A stretch of DNA of 64,000 nt from an uncultured archaeon (GTDB lineage: Archaea > Nanobdellota > Nanobdellia > Pacearchaeales > GW2011-AR1), in contig CABMHR010000004.1 of assembly GCA_902386025.1 (NCBI GenBank), positions 1,075-65,074 on the forward strand, read 5' to 3'. Position numbers and translations under genes: made by a program. Within the stretch, counting starts at the first letter, position 1; each line of letters starts with the position of its first letter. Positions 37,167 through 46,794 of the stretch are shown in pieces. The notes below the pieces were generated by a model. It saw only the letters and a list, made by a program, of their open reading frames with translations. It made no database searches and was not told the DNA's origin.

Positions 37167-37291
37167 AATTTGTCTAATATGCATTAAGTTATAAAGATTT
37201 TTAATTGATTATATTGCAATATATCTATACTCCAAAAGGTTTAAAAGTGCAATACTATCTGAATATATACATTCAAACATACTAAATAAAG

Positions 37292-37558
37292 ATGAAAGAC
37301 AATTTTGACATCTTTTTCAGAAGAAAGCCTGCTTTAATGCTGGTTTCTTTGAAGAAGAATACAAGAATAAGATACGGTAGTGTACTGGCTAAAGAAGTGG
37401 ATTGCACTTACAGCCACGCAGTAAAGATTCTGCAGACATTGGAAGAGCTTAAGTTAGTTTCTTTCGAGAAAAAGGGGCGAATAAAGGTGATACAACTAAC
37501 TAAGAAAGGCAGATTGGTTGCAGATGCAATAGAAAATATACAGCAGCTTGTGAAATAG
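37292..37558 (+). CDS. winged-helix transcriptional regulator
   Basis: 88 aa. GSVLAKEVDCTYSHAVKILQTLEELKLVSFEKKGR is a wHTH pattern. Confidence 0.55.
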   Translation: MKDNFDIFFRRKPALMLVSLKKNTRIRYGSVLAKEVDCTYSHAVKILQTLEELKLVSFEKKGRIKVIQLTKKGRLVADAIENIQQLVK

Positions 37559-37644
37559 TTCTTTATACTATCGCCCCAGAATTGAAATAGAACTGATAGA
37601 TGGAAATAGCTTTAATTTAAATATTTCCTTTATTATTCTAATAG

Positions 37645-37839
37645 ATGGTTTTGCAGTACAAGCTGAAAAGCGAAACGAGATGGAAAAAATATCCTGGAAA
37701 AAACAAATTGAAGTTTTCTGTTTCAAAATATGATTTCAGGCTGTTAAATGAAGCAAAAACAAAAATTCTTGCAGATAAGGCAAGCTATTCAAAAGTTATG
37801 AAACGATTCAGACAGATTGAATTTTTCAAGAGAAGATAA
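37645..37839 (+). CDS. small basic hypothetical protein
   Basis: 64 aa. TTTAAATA lies 21 nt upstream of the ATG. Confidence 0.4.
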   Translation: MVLQYKLKSETRWKKYPGKNKLKFSVSKYDFRLLNEAKTKILADKASYSKVMKRFRQIEFFKRR

Positions 37840-38124
37840 TTAAAATCTTCCTGATTTTTTTCTCTCAAAGCTCTTCCATTTTGAAGCAACTGCTTTTGCT
37901 CTTCTTTCAAGCCTTCTGACAATTGATTTTCTTATATCAACTGCTTTGACAACTTTTTTCTTTCCGAAAAAGCTAATTACTCCGTTTCCAACATCTTCAA
38001 TAAGCTCTTGTGTCTTTGCAGAAGAAAGTCCTGCATCTTTCGCAGCGCTTTTTATAGCACCTTTTATTTTTGAAGAGCTGAAAGCCTGTCTTTTCTTCCC
38101 GCCTCTCTTTATGACTTGTGTCAT
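37840..38124 (-). CDS. stand-alone ATP-cone domain protein
   Basis: VIKRGGKKRQAFSSSKIKGAIKSAAKDAG follows the ATP-cone consensus (VIKRDGRxExFdxxKI). TTTATATA lies 21 nt upstream. Confidence 0.55.
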   Translation of the reverse strand: MTQVIKRGGKKRQAFSSSKIKGAIKSAAKDAGLSSAKTQELIEDVGNGVISFFGKKKVVKAVDIRKSIVRRLERRAKAVASKWKSFERKKSGRF

Positions 38125-38232
38125 GATTGAATATAGATACAGGAATATATAAATTTATTGAGAATAGGAAAATGACTTATGACCCCGAAATCAAAATAGT
38201 AAATTTCTCATTCGGGTTCATTCAATCCTTTA

Positions 38233-38307
38233 TGACCCCGAGGGGATTTGAACCCCCGACACCCAGATTAAGAGTCTGGTGCTCTAACCAGGCTGAGCTA
38301 CGGAGTC
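38233..38307 (-). tRNA. tRNA-Lys (CUU)
   Basis: Reverse strand GACTCCG/CGGGGTC acceptor, D arm GCTC..GAGC, anticodon stem CCAGA/TCTGG with loop CTCTTAA, T loop TTCAAAT. Confidence 0.88.
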
Positions 38308-38397
38308 ATTATAATGAAAGTAGCGAATTAATGCATTTTAAGCATTTCTACCATTGTAGTTTCTTTGTTAAAGAAACCCAGTGAGCTACGGAGTCAT
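38294..38397 (-). repeat. 16-nt direct repeat (plus strand TGAGCTACGGAGTCAT) = tRNA-Lys 5' end plus 2 flanking nt, at 38294-38309 and 38382-38397
   Basis: Exact duplicate. The 72-nt spacer contains the hairpin GTTTCTTT/AAAGAAAC and the tRNA promoter-like CTTAAAAT. Confidence 0.8.
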
Positions 38398-38491
38398 GTC
38401 ATTATTATAGTTTTATAGAATTATCCTTTTAAAAGATTACCGATACTCTCTACTCGAGCATCACTAATTAAATATTAATTGTTTCTGTTAA

Positions 38492-38800
38492 TTAGCGATA
38501 CTCTCGCCATGTAAACTCGCACTTTGTGCATTTGAAGAATTTGGTTTCTGCTTCATCTCCAGAACGCGTCTGAACTGTCCAGAAATATGCCTTGTCATTT
38601 TTGCACTTTTTGCACTTTTCAACAATAATAGGAAAAGCTTCCATATCTTTTTTAACAACTTCAATCGCTTCCTTTGCATCTTCTATTTTTTCACTGGAAA
38701 CTATTTTCATTTTTCCTTTTGAAGAATAATTGCATCTAGGACATCCTGATTTCTTTTTCTTTTCCACGAGCACTGCGCCGCATTTTGGACAGAATTCCAT
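38492..38800 (-). CDS. tfs: transcription factor S (TFS/RpoM-type)
   Basis: N-terminal Zn ribbon CPKCG..CPRC and C-terminal TFIIS-type ribbon CKKC...QTRSGDEAET..CTKC. Confidence 0.9.
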   Translation of the reverse strand: MEFCPKCGAVLVEKKKKSGCPRCNYSSKGKMKIVSSEKIEDAKEAIEVVKKDMEAFPIIVEKCKKCKNDKAYFWTVQTRSGDEAETKFFKCTKCEFTWREYR

Positions 38801-38859
38801 ATTATTTTTGCTTCTTCTTATATTTCCTAACTTTAATTTGTTTCATTTAAAAATCTTTC

Positions 38860-39519
38860 TTAGTTCTCTCGGCAGAATCCTCTTTCTGATTCCGGCTTTG
38901 AGCCCTCAAAAAATATTAATTTTATCCAGCCTGCAAATGGAGCTATCCTAAAAACTGCTCTTCCTACCAATTGGCTTGATTTGATTTCTCTTTCATCAAC
39001 TCCACCGAGATTATTTCCAGGAACTAATACTTTGGCGTTGTTATCTCCCATTGTGGTAAAAATCTTTTCTCCATTTACTTCCTTTATGCTGATTATTCTG
39101 TGTATAACAGGAGTTCCTCCTGCTCCTGAAACAAATGCGATTATATTTCCCACTTTTAATTTATCAGGATTTGCCTTTACTATAAATAAAATATCTCCTT
39201 TGCTGAATCCACTCTTGAATCCAAAACTTTGAAATTCTGCTTTTGTTATATTAACTGCTTCATATTTTTCTTCATGCCTGCTAATCCAGTCATTAAAATT
39301 AGAAAAGAGATTTCCCTGATGATACATACTGCAGGATTCAACAATTGCAAGCGGGAGAGCTGTTCCTGTTGCAAAATTTAGAAAAGGAAAGAAAATAAAT
39401 TTTATGAACACAAACAGGAATATAAGAGAGAATATCCATCCTTTAAAACTATTATCTTTCCACAGCAAAAACCAGAATTTTTTGAACCCCTTTTTTACTT
39501 TTTCTTTTGTTACCTTCAT
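38860..39519 (-). CDS. signal peptidase I (S26/Sec11-type)
   Basis: N-terminal TM, catalytic-Ser region ESCSMYH, GDILFI, VIHRII and TMGDNN. Confidence 0.75.
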   Translation of the reverse strand: MKVTKEKVKKGFKKFWFLLWKDNSFKGWIFSLIFLFVFIKFIFFPFLNFATGTALPLAIVESCSMYHQGNLFSNFNDWISRHEEKYEAVNITKAEFQSFGFKSGFSKGDILFIVKANPDKLKVGNIIAFVSGAGGTPVIHRIISIKEVNGEKIFTTMGDNNAKVLVPGNNLGGVDEREIKSSQLVGRAVFRIAPFAGWIKLIFFEGSKPESERGFCREN

Positions 39520-39600
39520 AAGTTTAGTTGGGAAGATGTATTTTTAAAATGTATGATAAACTTTAAGCATATTTATAAAGAAATTTTGAAGTAACTTTAT

Positions 39601-39879
39601 ATGGGATTAATAAAATTTGTTAAGGATTTGATAACAAGCAGACAGATTGAAGGAAAAATACATTCTTGTTTTAAAAAAATTGGAGCCCCTTGTCCAGAAA
39701 ATGATTCTCTCAATTCATCAGTTAGGAAGGTTTATTCTGCTATTGAATCGGCTGAAGAATTTAACAAGACAAACCCCTATGCTATAAGTTTTATTCCTGT
39801 AAAAAAATTTTATAGAAAAATATATCTTTTTGAAGAAGAAATGGAAAGCCAGTGTTTTAATTCTAAATATTCAAAGTAA
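39601..39879 (+). CDS. hypothetical protein
   Basis: 92 aa. TTTATAAA (39572-39579) lies 21 nt upstream of the ATG. Confidence 0.4.
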   Translation: MGLIKFVKDLITSRQIEGKIHSCFKKIGAPCPENDSLNSSVRKVYSAIESAEEFNKTNPYAISFIPVKKFYRKIYLFEEEMESQCFNSKYSK

Positions 39880-39951
39880 ATTATTATTTCTTTTAGGTTT
39901 ATATTTTAGATAGTTTCATCACCAAAATATTTAAATAGTGTATATATCTAA

Positions 39952-39972
39952 TGTATACAAGATGTGTATACA
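39952..39972 (+). promoter_or_regulatory. two copies of the palindrome TGTATACA (39952-39959, 39965-39972) at the predicted TSS; candidate operator
   Basis: Located 14-35 nt downstream of TTTAAATA (39930-39937), with 13-nt centre-to-centre spacing. Confidence 0.4.
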
Positions 39973-39990
39973 CATAACCTCTCTTCAACC

Positions 39991-40012
39991 AGCCACATCT
40001 TCTGATGTGGCT
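39991..40012 (+). promoter_or_regulatory. perfect 9-bp hairpin AGCCACATC-TTCT-GATGTGGCT in the 5' leader
   Basis: Read directly from the sequence, 45 nt upstream of ATG 40058. Confidence 0.5.
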
Positions 40013-40057
40013 CTTATAATCATCAATCAAAAAAGCAACCAAAATAATCAATAAAAA

Positions 40058-40417
40058 ATGACTGACATATTTGACAATACAATCTTATGCAACAAATGCA
40101 ACACGAAAATGCAGAAAGCAAAAATATTGAAAAATAACTTTTTATTCAGGGCAATGGTTTGCCCGAAATGCAATGAAAAAATAATTCATCCTGCAGACGA
40201 GCAGGAGTATCACAGATTCGTAAACTTGAAAAACAAGGAATTTCATGTTAAAATGAGATTGGTGGGAAACAGCTATGCTGTTTCAATTCCAAAAGAAATC
40301 GTTTCATTTATGAGAGAGCAGGAAAAAATTATGAATGATATGGTAAGATTATGCTTTGAAGATATGGGGAAATTAAGCTTGAATTTTGCCGAAGAAAAAA
40401 TAAAAGAAAACAAATAA
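40058..40417 (+). CDS. zinc-ribbon plus AbrB/SpoVT-like DNA-binding protein
   Basis: CNKCN..CPKCN, then VGNSYAVSIPKEIVSFM (swapped-hairpin AbrB pattern). The stop is 4 nt before cdc48. Confidence 0.5.
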   Translation: MTDIFDNTILCNKCNTKMQKAKILKNNFLFRAMVCPKCNEKIIHPADEQEYHRFVNLKNKEFHVKMRLVGNSYAVSIPKEIVSFMREQEKIMNDMVRLCFEDMGKLSLNFAEEKIKENK

Positions 40418-40421
40418 TGAA

Positions 40422-42755
40422 ATGCCTAAAGAAAAACAAATTCAACTAAAGGTAGTAGAAGCATTGCAGGATGATGCATACAAAGGCATCGCGAGAATTG
40501 ATTCTGAAATTATGAGAGAACTTGGAATCAAAAGAGGAGATGTAATTCTTATTAAAGGAAACAGAGAAACAGTTGCAATTGCAGACAGGGCTTATCCGGC
40601 AGATGTAGGAGAAGGAATAATAAGAATTGATGGAATTTTAAGAAAGAATGCAAAAACAGGAATTGGGGATGTTGTTACAGTAAACAAAGCAGATGTTAAA
40701 GAAGCAAAGAAGATTACAATTGCTCCTGCACAGAAAAATATTATGGTTCAGGCAAATTCTGACGGATTGAGACAGGGGCTTTTAGGGAGAGCAATTGTCA
40801 AGGGAGATGTTGTTGTTCTTGGGGGAGTTCAGAGAAGAAGAGATATTATGTCTGAAGAATTTGGAGACTTGGATGACATATTCGGAAATTTGGGGGATAT
40901 TTTAGGGGGAATGGGTTTCGGAGGAATGGGCGGAGGAGTTACCCAGATTAAATTTATGATTGTTTCCACAAATCCCAACCAGCCTGTTATAATCACAGAA
41001 AATACAGAAGTTACACTTAGTCCAAAAGCAGTTGAACTTTCTGATGAGAAAATTCCAGAAATTCATTACGAAGACATTGGCGGATTGACAGATGAAATAA
41101 AAAAAATAAGAGAGCTTGTTGAAATTCCTATGAAGCATCCTGAAATTTTTGAAAGATTAGGAATAGAGCCTCCAAAAGGAATTTTATTGCACGGGCCTCC
41201 AGGAACAGGAAAAACACTTTTAGCAAAAGCAGTTGCAAGCGAATCAGATGCTAATTTCATTCTGCTTAATGGGCCTGAAATAATGTCAAAATTCTACGGG
41301 GAAAGCGAAAAGAAAATCAGGGATATTTTTGAGGAAGCAGAAAAGACAGCCCCAACAATTATTTTCATTGATGAAATTGATGCAATTGCTCCAAAGAGAG
41401 AAGATGTTCAAGGAGAAGTTGAGAGAAGAGTTGTTTCCCAACTTCTTACAATGATGGACGGATTGAATAGCAGAGGAAAAGTGATTGTTATCGGAGCAAC
41501 TAACCGCCCTAATGCAATTGATTCTGCGCTTAGAAGGCCTGGAAGATTTGACAGGGAATTGGAAATTAGCGTTCCTGGAAAAGAAGGAAGACTGCAAATT
41601 CTGAAAATTCATACAAGAAATATGCCTATGGAAAAGAAAGTAAACCTTGACGAAATTGCTTCTATCACCCACGGATTTGTGGGAGCTGACTTGGAATCCT
41701 TGACAAAAGAAGCTGCGATGTGCGTTCTTAGAAAACTTCTTCCGCAAATGAGATTAGACGCTGAAGAAAAAATTCCTGCTGAAATTCTTGAAAAATTAAT
41801 TGTGAAACAGGAAGATTTTACTGATGCTTTAAAGACAGTCCGTCCTTCTGCTATGAGGGAAGTTCTTGTTGAAACTCCAAATGTTGACTGGAATTCTGTA
41901 GGGGGAGTTGACAGCGTGAAGCAGGAATTAAGAGAAGCAGTTGAATGGCCTATGGAGCATCCTGAAAGTTTTGAAAGAATGGGAATAAAGCCGTCAAAAG
42001 GAGTTCTTCTTTACGGCCCTCCAGGAACAGGAAAAACACTTTTAGCAAAAGCAGTTGCAAAAGAAACAGAAGCGAACTTCATACAAGTCAAAGGGCCGAG
42101 TTTGTTAAGCATGTGGGTTGGAAAATCTGAAGAAGGAATGAGAAAAATATTTGAAAGAGCCAGACAGGTTGCTCCCTGTGTTGTTTTCTTTGATGAGATT
42201 GATTCACTTGCAGGAAGAAGGGGAGTTGAACAGGGAACAAAAGTTACAGAAAGAGTTTTGAATCAGCTTCTTGCAGAAATGGACGGCTTGGAAGATTTGA
42301 AAAGCGTTATTGTTATCGGAGCAACTAACCGCCCTGATATGCTTGATACTGCATTATTGCGTCCAGGCAGATTTGACAAAATACTTCTTGTAAATGCACC
42401 TGATGAAGCGGGAAGACTGCAAATTATGAAAATCCATACAAAAAATATGCCTATTGGAGACAGCAAAAAACTTTTGAATGAAAAAGAAAAAGAAGAATTG
42501 CTGAAAGAACTTGCAAAGCAGACAGACGGATATACGGGAGCTGATTTGGAAGCTGTTGCAAGAGAAGCAGCTTATTTTTCATTAAGAGAATCCATTGATG
42601 CAAAGCAAGTAACAAAAAAGCATTTTACAGAAACACTAAAGAAAATAAAACCAAGCGTGAATAAAATGACAATTGAGTTATACAAAAAAATGGAAGCTGA
42701 ATATTTAAAATCTGCAAAAGCAGCAATACCTATGGAAGGAACTTATTTGGGATAA
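40422..42755 (+). CDS. cdc48: CDC48/VCP-type AAA+ ATPase
   Basis: CDC48 N-domain followed by two AAA modules (GPPGTGKT twice, [16 protein letters not shown]). The N domain carries a Gly/Met-rich insertion ([11 protein letters not shown]). Confidence 0.93.
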   Translation: MPKEKQIQLKVVEALQDDAYKGIARIDSEIMRELGIKRGDVILIKGNRETVAIADRAYPADVGEGIIRIDGILRKNAKTGIGDVVTVNKADVKEAKKITIAPAQKNIMVQANSDGLRQGLLGRAIVKGDVVVLGGVQRRRDIMSEEFGDLDDIFGNLGDILGGMGFGGMGGGVTQIKFMIVSTNPNQPVIITENTEVTLSPKAVELSDEKIPEIHYEDIGGLTDEIKKIRELVEIPMKHPEIFERLGIEPPKGILLHGPPGTGKTLLAKAVASESDANFILLNGPEIMSKFYGESEKKIRDIFEEAEKTAPTIIFIDEIDAIAPKREDVQGEVERRVVSQLLTMMDGLNSRGKVIVIGATNRPNAIDSALRRPGRFDRELEISVPGKEGRLQILKIHTRNMPMEKKVNLDEIASITHGFVGADLESLTKEAAMCVLRKLLPQMRLDAEEKIPAEILEKLIVKQEDFTDALKTVRPSAMREVLVETPNVDWNSVGGVDSVKQELREAVEWPMEHPESFERMGIKPSKGVLLYGPPGTGKTLLAKAVAKETEANFIQVKGPSLLSMWVGKSEEGMRKIFERARQVAPCVVFFDEIDSLAGRRGVEQGTKVTERVLNQLLAEMDGLEDLKSVIVIGATNRPDMLDTALLRPGRFDKILLVNAPDEAGRLQIMKIHTKNMPIGDSKKLLNEKEKEELLKELAKQTDGYTGADLEAVAREAAYFSLRESIDAKQVTKKHFTETLKKIKPSVNKMTIELYKKMEAEYLKSAKAAIPMEGTYLG

Positions 42756-42805
42756 TTATTTCTTAAAACCTAAATTCTTATAAACGAATTATAGTTTTTT
42801 CTTTT

Positions 42806-43096
42806 ATGATGAAAAAAGAGTTTGAAGAGCCAATTATAAAAGAAGTGTATAAATACTGCGATAATAATATTGGGGAGACAATCTTATTCACAGGATTTGT
42901 ATTTGCGGGATTTGACGGGTTAAACCGAGGAGAAGCAAACTCCCAAGACTTAACTAATCTCGTAAGTAATATTCTTCTTAATCTAACTGAAAAAGGCATA
43001 TTAACTGAAGTTAGACAAAAAGAAAATGAATTCATTTACCCTTTTTATAAAGTGTTATATCATGAGAAATTAATCCCAGAAAGCAAGAGAAGATAA
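42806..43096 (+). CDS. hypothetical protein
   Basis: 96-aa ORF with a TATA about 20 nt upstream. Confidence 0.4.
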   Translation: MMKKEFEEPIIKEVYKYCDNNIGETILFTGFVFAGFDGLNRGEANSQDLTNLVSNILLNLTEKGILTEVRQKENEFIYPFYKVLYHEKLIPESKRR

Positions 43097-43217
43097 TTCT
43101 AATAACCCTTACTCTAAAAGAAAATCAGCTAATGATAAAACTGAACATAGATTTTGATAGGTTGCTGGATAAAAATAGAGCGTAAAAAAGAGGTGATGTC
43201 TTGTTACATCAACAATC

Positions 43218-44102
43218 CTATTCTGAAGTTACAATAATTTTGTCATCAACAAGAAATGTGTCCTCGCTTTGAGCAACTTTTCCTTTTGAAATTTCAATTA
43301 ACTGCGGATACTGATGCAAATTCCCATTCTCTTCAAGCTGTTTTAATGCAAATAAGGATTTAATTCCGAATTTTTTTACAATCCATCTTGAACAGAAAGG
43401 CAGAGTTTTATATTCTTCTGCTATAAAATCAAGAACATTTCTTGCATCATTGCTTCTGATATTTTTGTCATCTGCGAGAGCATAAATTCCAGAAGGTTTT
43501 CCTTCGTAAATTTTTCCGTTTCCGTTTGTTGCGAATGGCTCTATTGCATAAAGCCCTTCTTTCAGCTTTTCAGGATTGTCATTTTCAGTATTTAGAATTG
43601 TCAAGCCAGAATGAAGTTCATACTCGTTCATTTCGTGTCCTGTCAAATTAACAATGGGCGAAAATTTGCAAGATTCAATCGTTTCCTGAATTGTTCTGCC
43701 TATTTCTCCAAGAGAGTTTTTTTGCTTTATCTTTTCAAGTGCATTCTTCAGTGCTTTTTCGCTTGCTTCTATAAGTTTTTTATTTTCTGCACTATTTTCT
43801 AAATCAACAGAAAATGTGAAGTCTGCAATCCAGCCATTGATATGAACTCCCATATCCACTTTCAATAAGCCAGAGGCAAGTGTTTCATCGTTATAAGAAG
43901 GAGTGTAATGCGCTGCTATTTCATTTATTGAAAGATTTGTTGGGAATGCAGGTTTTCCTCCAAGCTCAACAATTTTCTTTTCAATCTTTTCTGCTATTTC
44001 TAAAAGGGGAATGTCTTTTTTTACTATAGTTCTTGCATATTCCTTCACTTTCTTTGCAATTTCTCCTGCCTTCAATGCATTCTGTTTTTCTTTTGGTGTC
44101 AT
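43218..44102 (-). CDS. map: type II methionine aminopeptidase
   Basis: Pita-bread fold pattern (AAHYTP, DMGVHINGWIAD, GHEM, E..F). The 294-aa length is typical of archaeal MAP2. Confidence 0.88.
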   Translation of the reverse strand: MTPKEKQNALKAGEIAKKVKEYARTIVKKDIPLLEIAEKIEKKIVELGGKPAFPTNLSINEIAAHYTPSYNDETLASGLLKVDMGVHINGWIADFTFSVDLENSAENKKLIEASEKALKNALEKIKQKNSLGEIGRTIQETIESCKFSPIVNLTGHEMNEYELHSGLTILNTENDNPEKLKEGLYAIEPFATNGNGKIYEGKPSGIYALADDKNIRSNDARNVLDFIAEEYKTLPFCSRWIVKKFGIKSLFALKQLEENGNLHQYPQLIEISKGKVAQSEDTFLVDDKIIVTSE

Positions 44103-44106
44103 TGTC

Positions 44107-44367
44107 TTAATCCTTTCCTAAAAAATCAAAAATTTCTTTTTGTTTATGGCTATTTAATCCAACATGAATTTCTCCTGTTGATGGTTTAACATTCAAAAAT
44201 CCTTTGTTTATTAATTCTTTTATTGCTTTTTTATATTCTTTTGCCCCCCTTGCATAAGGAGGAAGTCCTTTTTGCAGGTTTTTTATTTCTGTATGGCGTC
44301 CGCCCCATATATTCAAGTTAATTAATTTTCTAAGAGTTCTTTTCATTATTGCAATTTTTAAGTCCAT
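44107..44367 (-). CDS. hypothetical protein
   Basis: 86 aa, co-transcribed with map (5-nt gap). Confidence 0.4.
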   Translation of the reverse strand: MDLKIAIMKRTLRKLINLNIWGGRHTEIKNLQKGLPPYARGAKEYKKAIKELINKGFLNVKPSTGEIHVGLNSHKQKEIFDFLGKD

Positions 44368-44460
44368 AGGTTGTTTAATCTGCTCATCTATTAAAATATA
44401 TCTGGAACGTTAATGTTCTATTTTAGGAACATTTAAAAAGAAAAGATTTTTAGTTTAATT

Positions 44461-44757
44461 ATGAAAACATTATTTACAAGAGCATTAGGAGACACTCCAA
44501 AAATAAGAGTGCTTGAATTTTTAATAGAAGGAAGAGAATTAGATTATAGCCTTTCAGACATAGCTGAAGGAGCTGGAATTGGAAGAACAACTTTATTTAG
44601 GATTATTAATGATTTGATAAAAACAGAGATAATTGTTCCAACAAGAGAAATAGGAAATGCAAAACTTTTCAAGCTTAATTTAAAAAATGCTTTTGTCAAA
44701 AAAATTGTAGAGATTTTTGACGAGATTATTTATTCAAGAAAGAAAATTGCTATTTAG
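44461..44757 (+). CDS. winged-helix transcriptional regulator
   Basis: RVLEFLIEGRELDYSLSDIAEGAGIGRTTLFRIINDL is a wHTH pattern. Confidence 0.55.
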   Translation: MKTLFTRALGDTPKIRVLEFLIEGRELDYSLSDIAEGAGIGRTTLFRIINDLIKTEIIVPTREIGNAKLFKLNLKNAFVKKIVEIFDEIIYSRKKIAI

Positions 44758-44783
44758 AACTGATTTAATAACTTAAAAATTTA

Positions 44784-45269
44784 TTATTCTATCCTGCTTT
44801 CCTTGTATTTTAATCTTCTGCTTTTTGGAATAAAGTTTGATATCTTGTTTTCAGATATCTTTCCTGTCCCAAAAAAATCATCCTGAAACTTCATAATAAA
44901 AAACCCCTTTTTCCCTGTTGCAACATTCAGCTCCTGCCCCATCATCCATTTTTCTGCCTGTTCTTCATCAAGCTCAAAAATATTTTTTGTGATTTGGCTT
45001 CTTAATAATTGGGCTCCTTCAATGCTTAGCCGTATATCTTTTGTTTTTTCATCTATCTTTGCAAAATACAAGCCAATTCCTTCTATTCTTGAAAATTTGT
45101 CAAGATTAAATATCTCCTTGTCAGAAATATCCCCTGAAAATATTATTATCCTTTCTTTTCCAAATCTTGCAATTTTCCAAGGAATTTTTTTAATTCCAAA
45201 CTGCTCTTCTAGCTGTTTAACTAATTTTTCTTTTTCACTTTCATTTAAAAATTTTAATGGTATTGGCAT
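44784..45269 (-). CDS. NIP7-like pre-PUA/PUA protein (putative)
   Basis: About 160 aa, immediately downstream (2 nt) of a Nop2/Sun methyltransferase. The layout resembles archaeal NIP7 homologues; sequence support is weak. Confidence 0.4.
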   Translation of the reverse strand: MPIPLKFLNESEKEKLVKQLEEQFGIKKIPWKIARFGKERIIIFSGDISDKEIFNLDKFSRIEGIGLYFAKIDEKTKDIRLSIEGAQLLRSQITKNIFELDEEQAEKWMMGQELNVATGKKGFFIMKFQDDFFGTGKISENKISNFIPKSRRLKYKESRIE

Positions 45270-45270
45270 T

Positions 45271-46227
45271 TTATTTTAATTTCTTCAATTTTGCAATGAA
45301 AAATCCTTCTGTGTCTGCATCCTGCGGATAAACTCTGCAGGAATATTTAACATCTTCCAAATATTCTTTTTCCTGCCATTTTATAATTCCCTGCCTTGTT
45401 TTTAATGGAAGATTTATCTTTTCTGTTTTTATCTTAAAATTCTTCAAAGCAAAATCAACAACTTCTTCATCTTCTTCTGGCGCATGAGTGCAGGTGGAAT
45501 AAACAAGTTCGCCATTTGGCTTTAAAATTTCTACTGCACTTGCTATCAGGGATTTTTGAAGTTTAGAGAGATTTTCAATTGTCTTTATATTCCACATTTC
45601 CAATGTTCGCGGAGTGCTTCTTATTGTTCCTTCTCCTGAACAAGGAGCATCAAGCAGAATCTTGTCAAACAGAAAATTTTCCTCTTTGAATCGCCTGCAA
45701 AGAGCAATTCCATCTCTTCTTGTCATTATCATATCCATAACTCCGCATCTTTCTGTGTTCGCTGCGAGAATTTTTAATCTTCCGAACTTGACTTCGTTTG
45801 CAATAAGCAGCCCAGAATTCTCCATTCTTGCCGCAATCTGCGTTGTCTTGCTTCCTGGAGAAGCGCATAAATCCAAAACTCTTTCATCTTTCTTTGGGTT
45901 TAAAACAAGAACAGGGAGCATACTTGCAATTTCCTGAATGTAATAATATCCAAGCAAATGTTCAATAGCTCTCCCCAATTCTCCAGGGCTTAATTCAGAT
46001 TCAACAATCATAATTTCAGGGAAATTGCTAAAAGGGATTTTTATTCTCCAGCCCTTTTTCTCAAGACGCTCTTTCAATTTTTCAGGGGAAATTTTAAGAG
46101 TATTGCATCTAAAAGAGCGGACAGGTTCTTTTTTTAAAATTTCCATATAAGAGTCAAAATCTTTTCCAAGCAGTTTTTTCATTCTTTCTATGAACAAAGG
46201 TTTTGGCTCATAATTCTGCTTTCTCAT
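45271..46227 (-). CDS. NOL1/NOP2/Sun-family RNA m5C methyltransferase
   Basis: DLCASPGSKT, DAPCSGEGT (motif IV Cys) and YSTCT (motif VI Cys). Confidence 0.88.
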   Translation of the reverse strand: MRKQNYEPKPLFIERMKKLLGKDFDSYMEILKKEPVRSFRCNTLKISPEKLKERLEKKGWRIKIPFSNFPEIMIVESELSPGELGRAIEHLLGYYYIQEIASMLPVLVLNPKKDERVLDLCASPGSKTTQIAARMENSGLLIANEVKFGRLKILAANTERCGVMDMIMTRRDGIALCRRFKEENFLFDKILLDAPCSGEGTIRSTPRTLEMWNIKTIENLSKLQKSLIASAVEILKPNGELVYSTCTHAPEEDEEVVDFALKNFKIKTEKINLPLKTRQGIIKWQEKEYLEDVKYSCRVYPQDADTEGFFIAKLKKLK

Positions 46228-46347
46228 TAATTAGGGAAAGAATAATGATTTTTAGAGTTATTGATAACATTTAAAAATATCAATATGTAACCCCTATATA
46301 ATTACACAAACAATAAATTTAAATAGTGAAATAAGAGAAATTATCTT

Positions 46348-46794
46348 ATGGAATCAATGGTTTATGTCCAAAGAATAGGGGCGCAAGAAAGCTGCGTTTA
46401 TAATAGATTGAGAACTATTCAAAAGATAATTTGTGATTCGCCTTTAGTTGAAAGAATAATCTTCAATGCAGGAGAAATTGAATTAAAAGCTTCTGAAACT
46501 GAATTAAATATTTTTTCTAAGGTATATCTTCCTAACGGGGAAAGCAAGACAACTTACATTCTCAACAAAAAATTAATTCCCGGATACAATCCTCAGCAGG
46601 CATTGAAAAATGCAAAAAATGGGATAATTCAAAGAGTGAGCGATTTAGAAATTCAAGGGCGCGAGACAAATTTCGGAAGAGATTTAATGCTATATTTGTC
46701 AAGAGTAAAGAAAAAACAAGGACAGGCATCAAATTTTGACAGCCAAAGAATTGCAAGCGATTTTATCAATAACAAATCTGCAAGGGCAGCGTGA
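46348..46794 (+). CDS. hypothetical protein
   Basis: 148 aa. TTTAAATA lies 22 nt upstream of the ATG. Confidence 0.4.
   Translation: MESMVYVQRIGAQESCVYNRLRTIQKIICDSPLVERIIFNAGEIELKASETELNIFSKVYLPNGESKTTYILNKKLIPGYNPQQALKNAKNGIIQRVSDLEIQGRETNFGRDLMLYLSRVKKKQGQASNFDSQRIASDFINNKSARAA

Noticed and set aside
38127-38384. 85-aa plus-strand ORF.
   Set aside because: It runs antisense through tRNA-Lys (38233-38307), so it is spurious.
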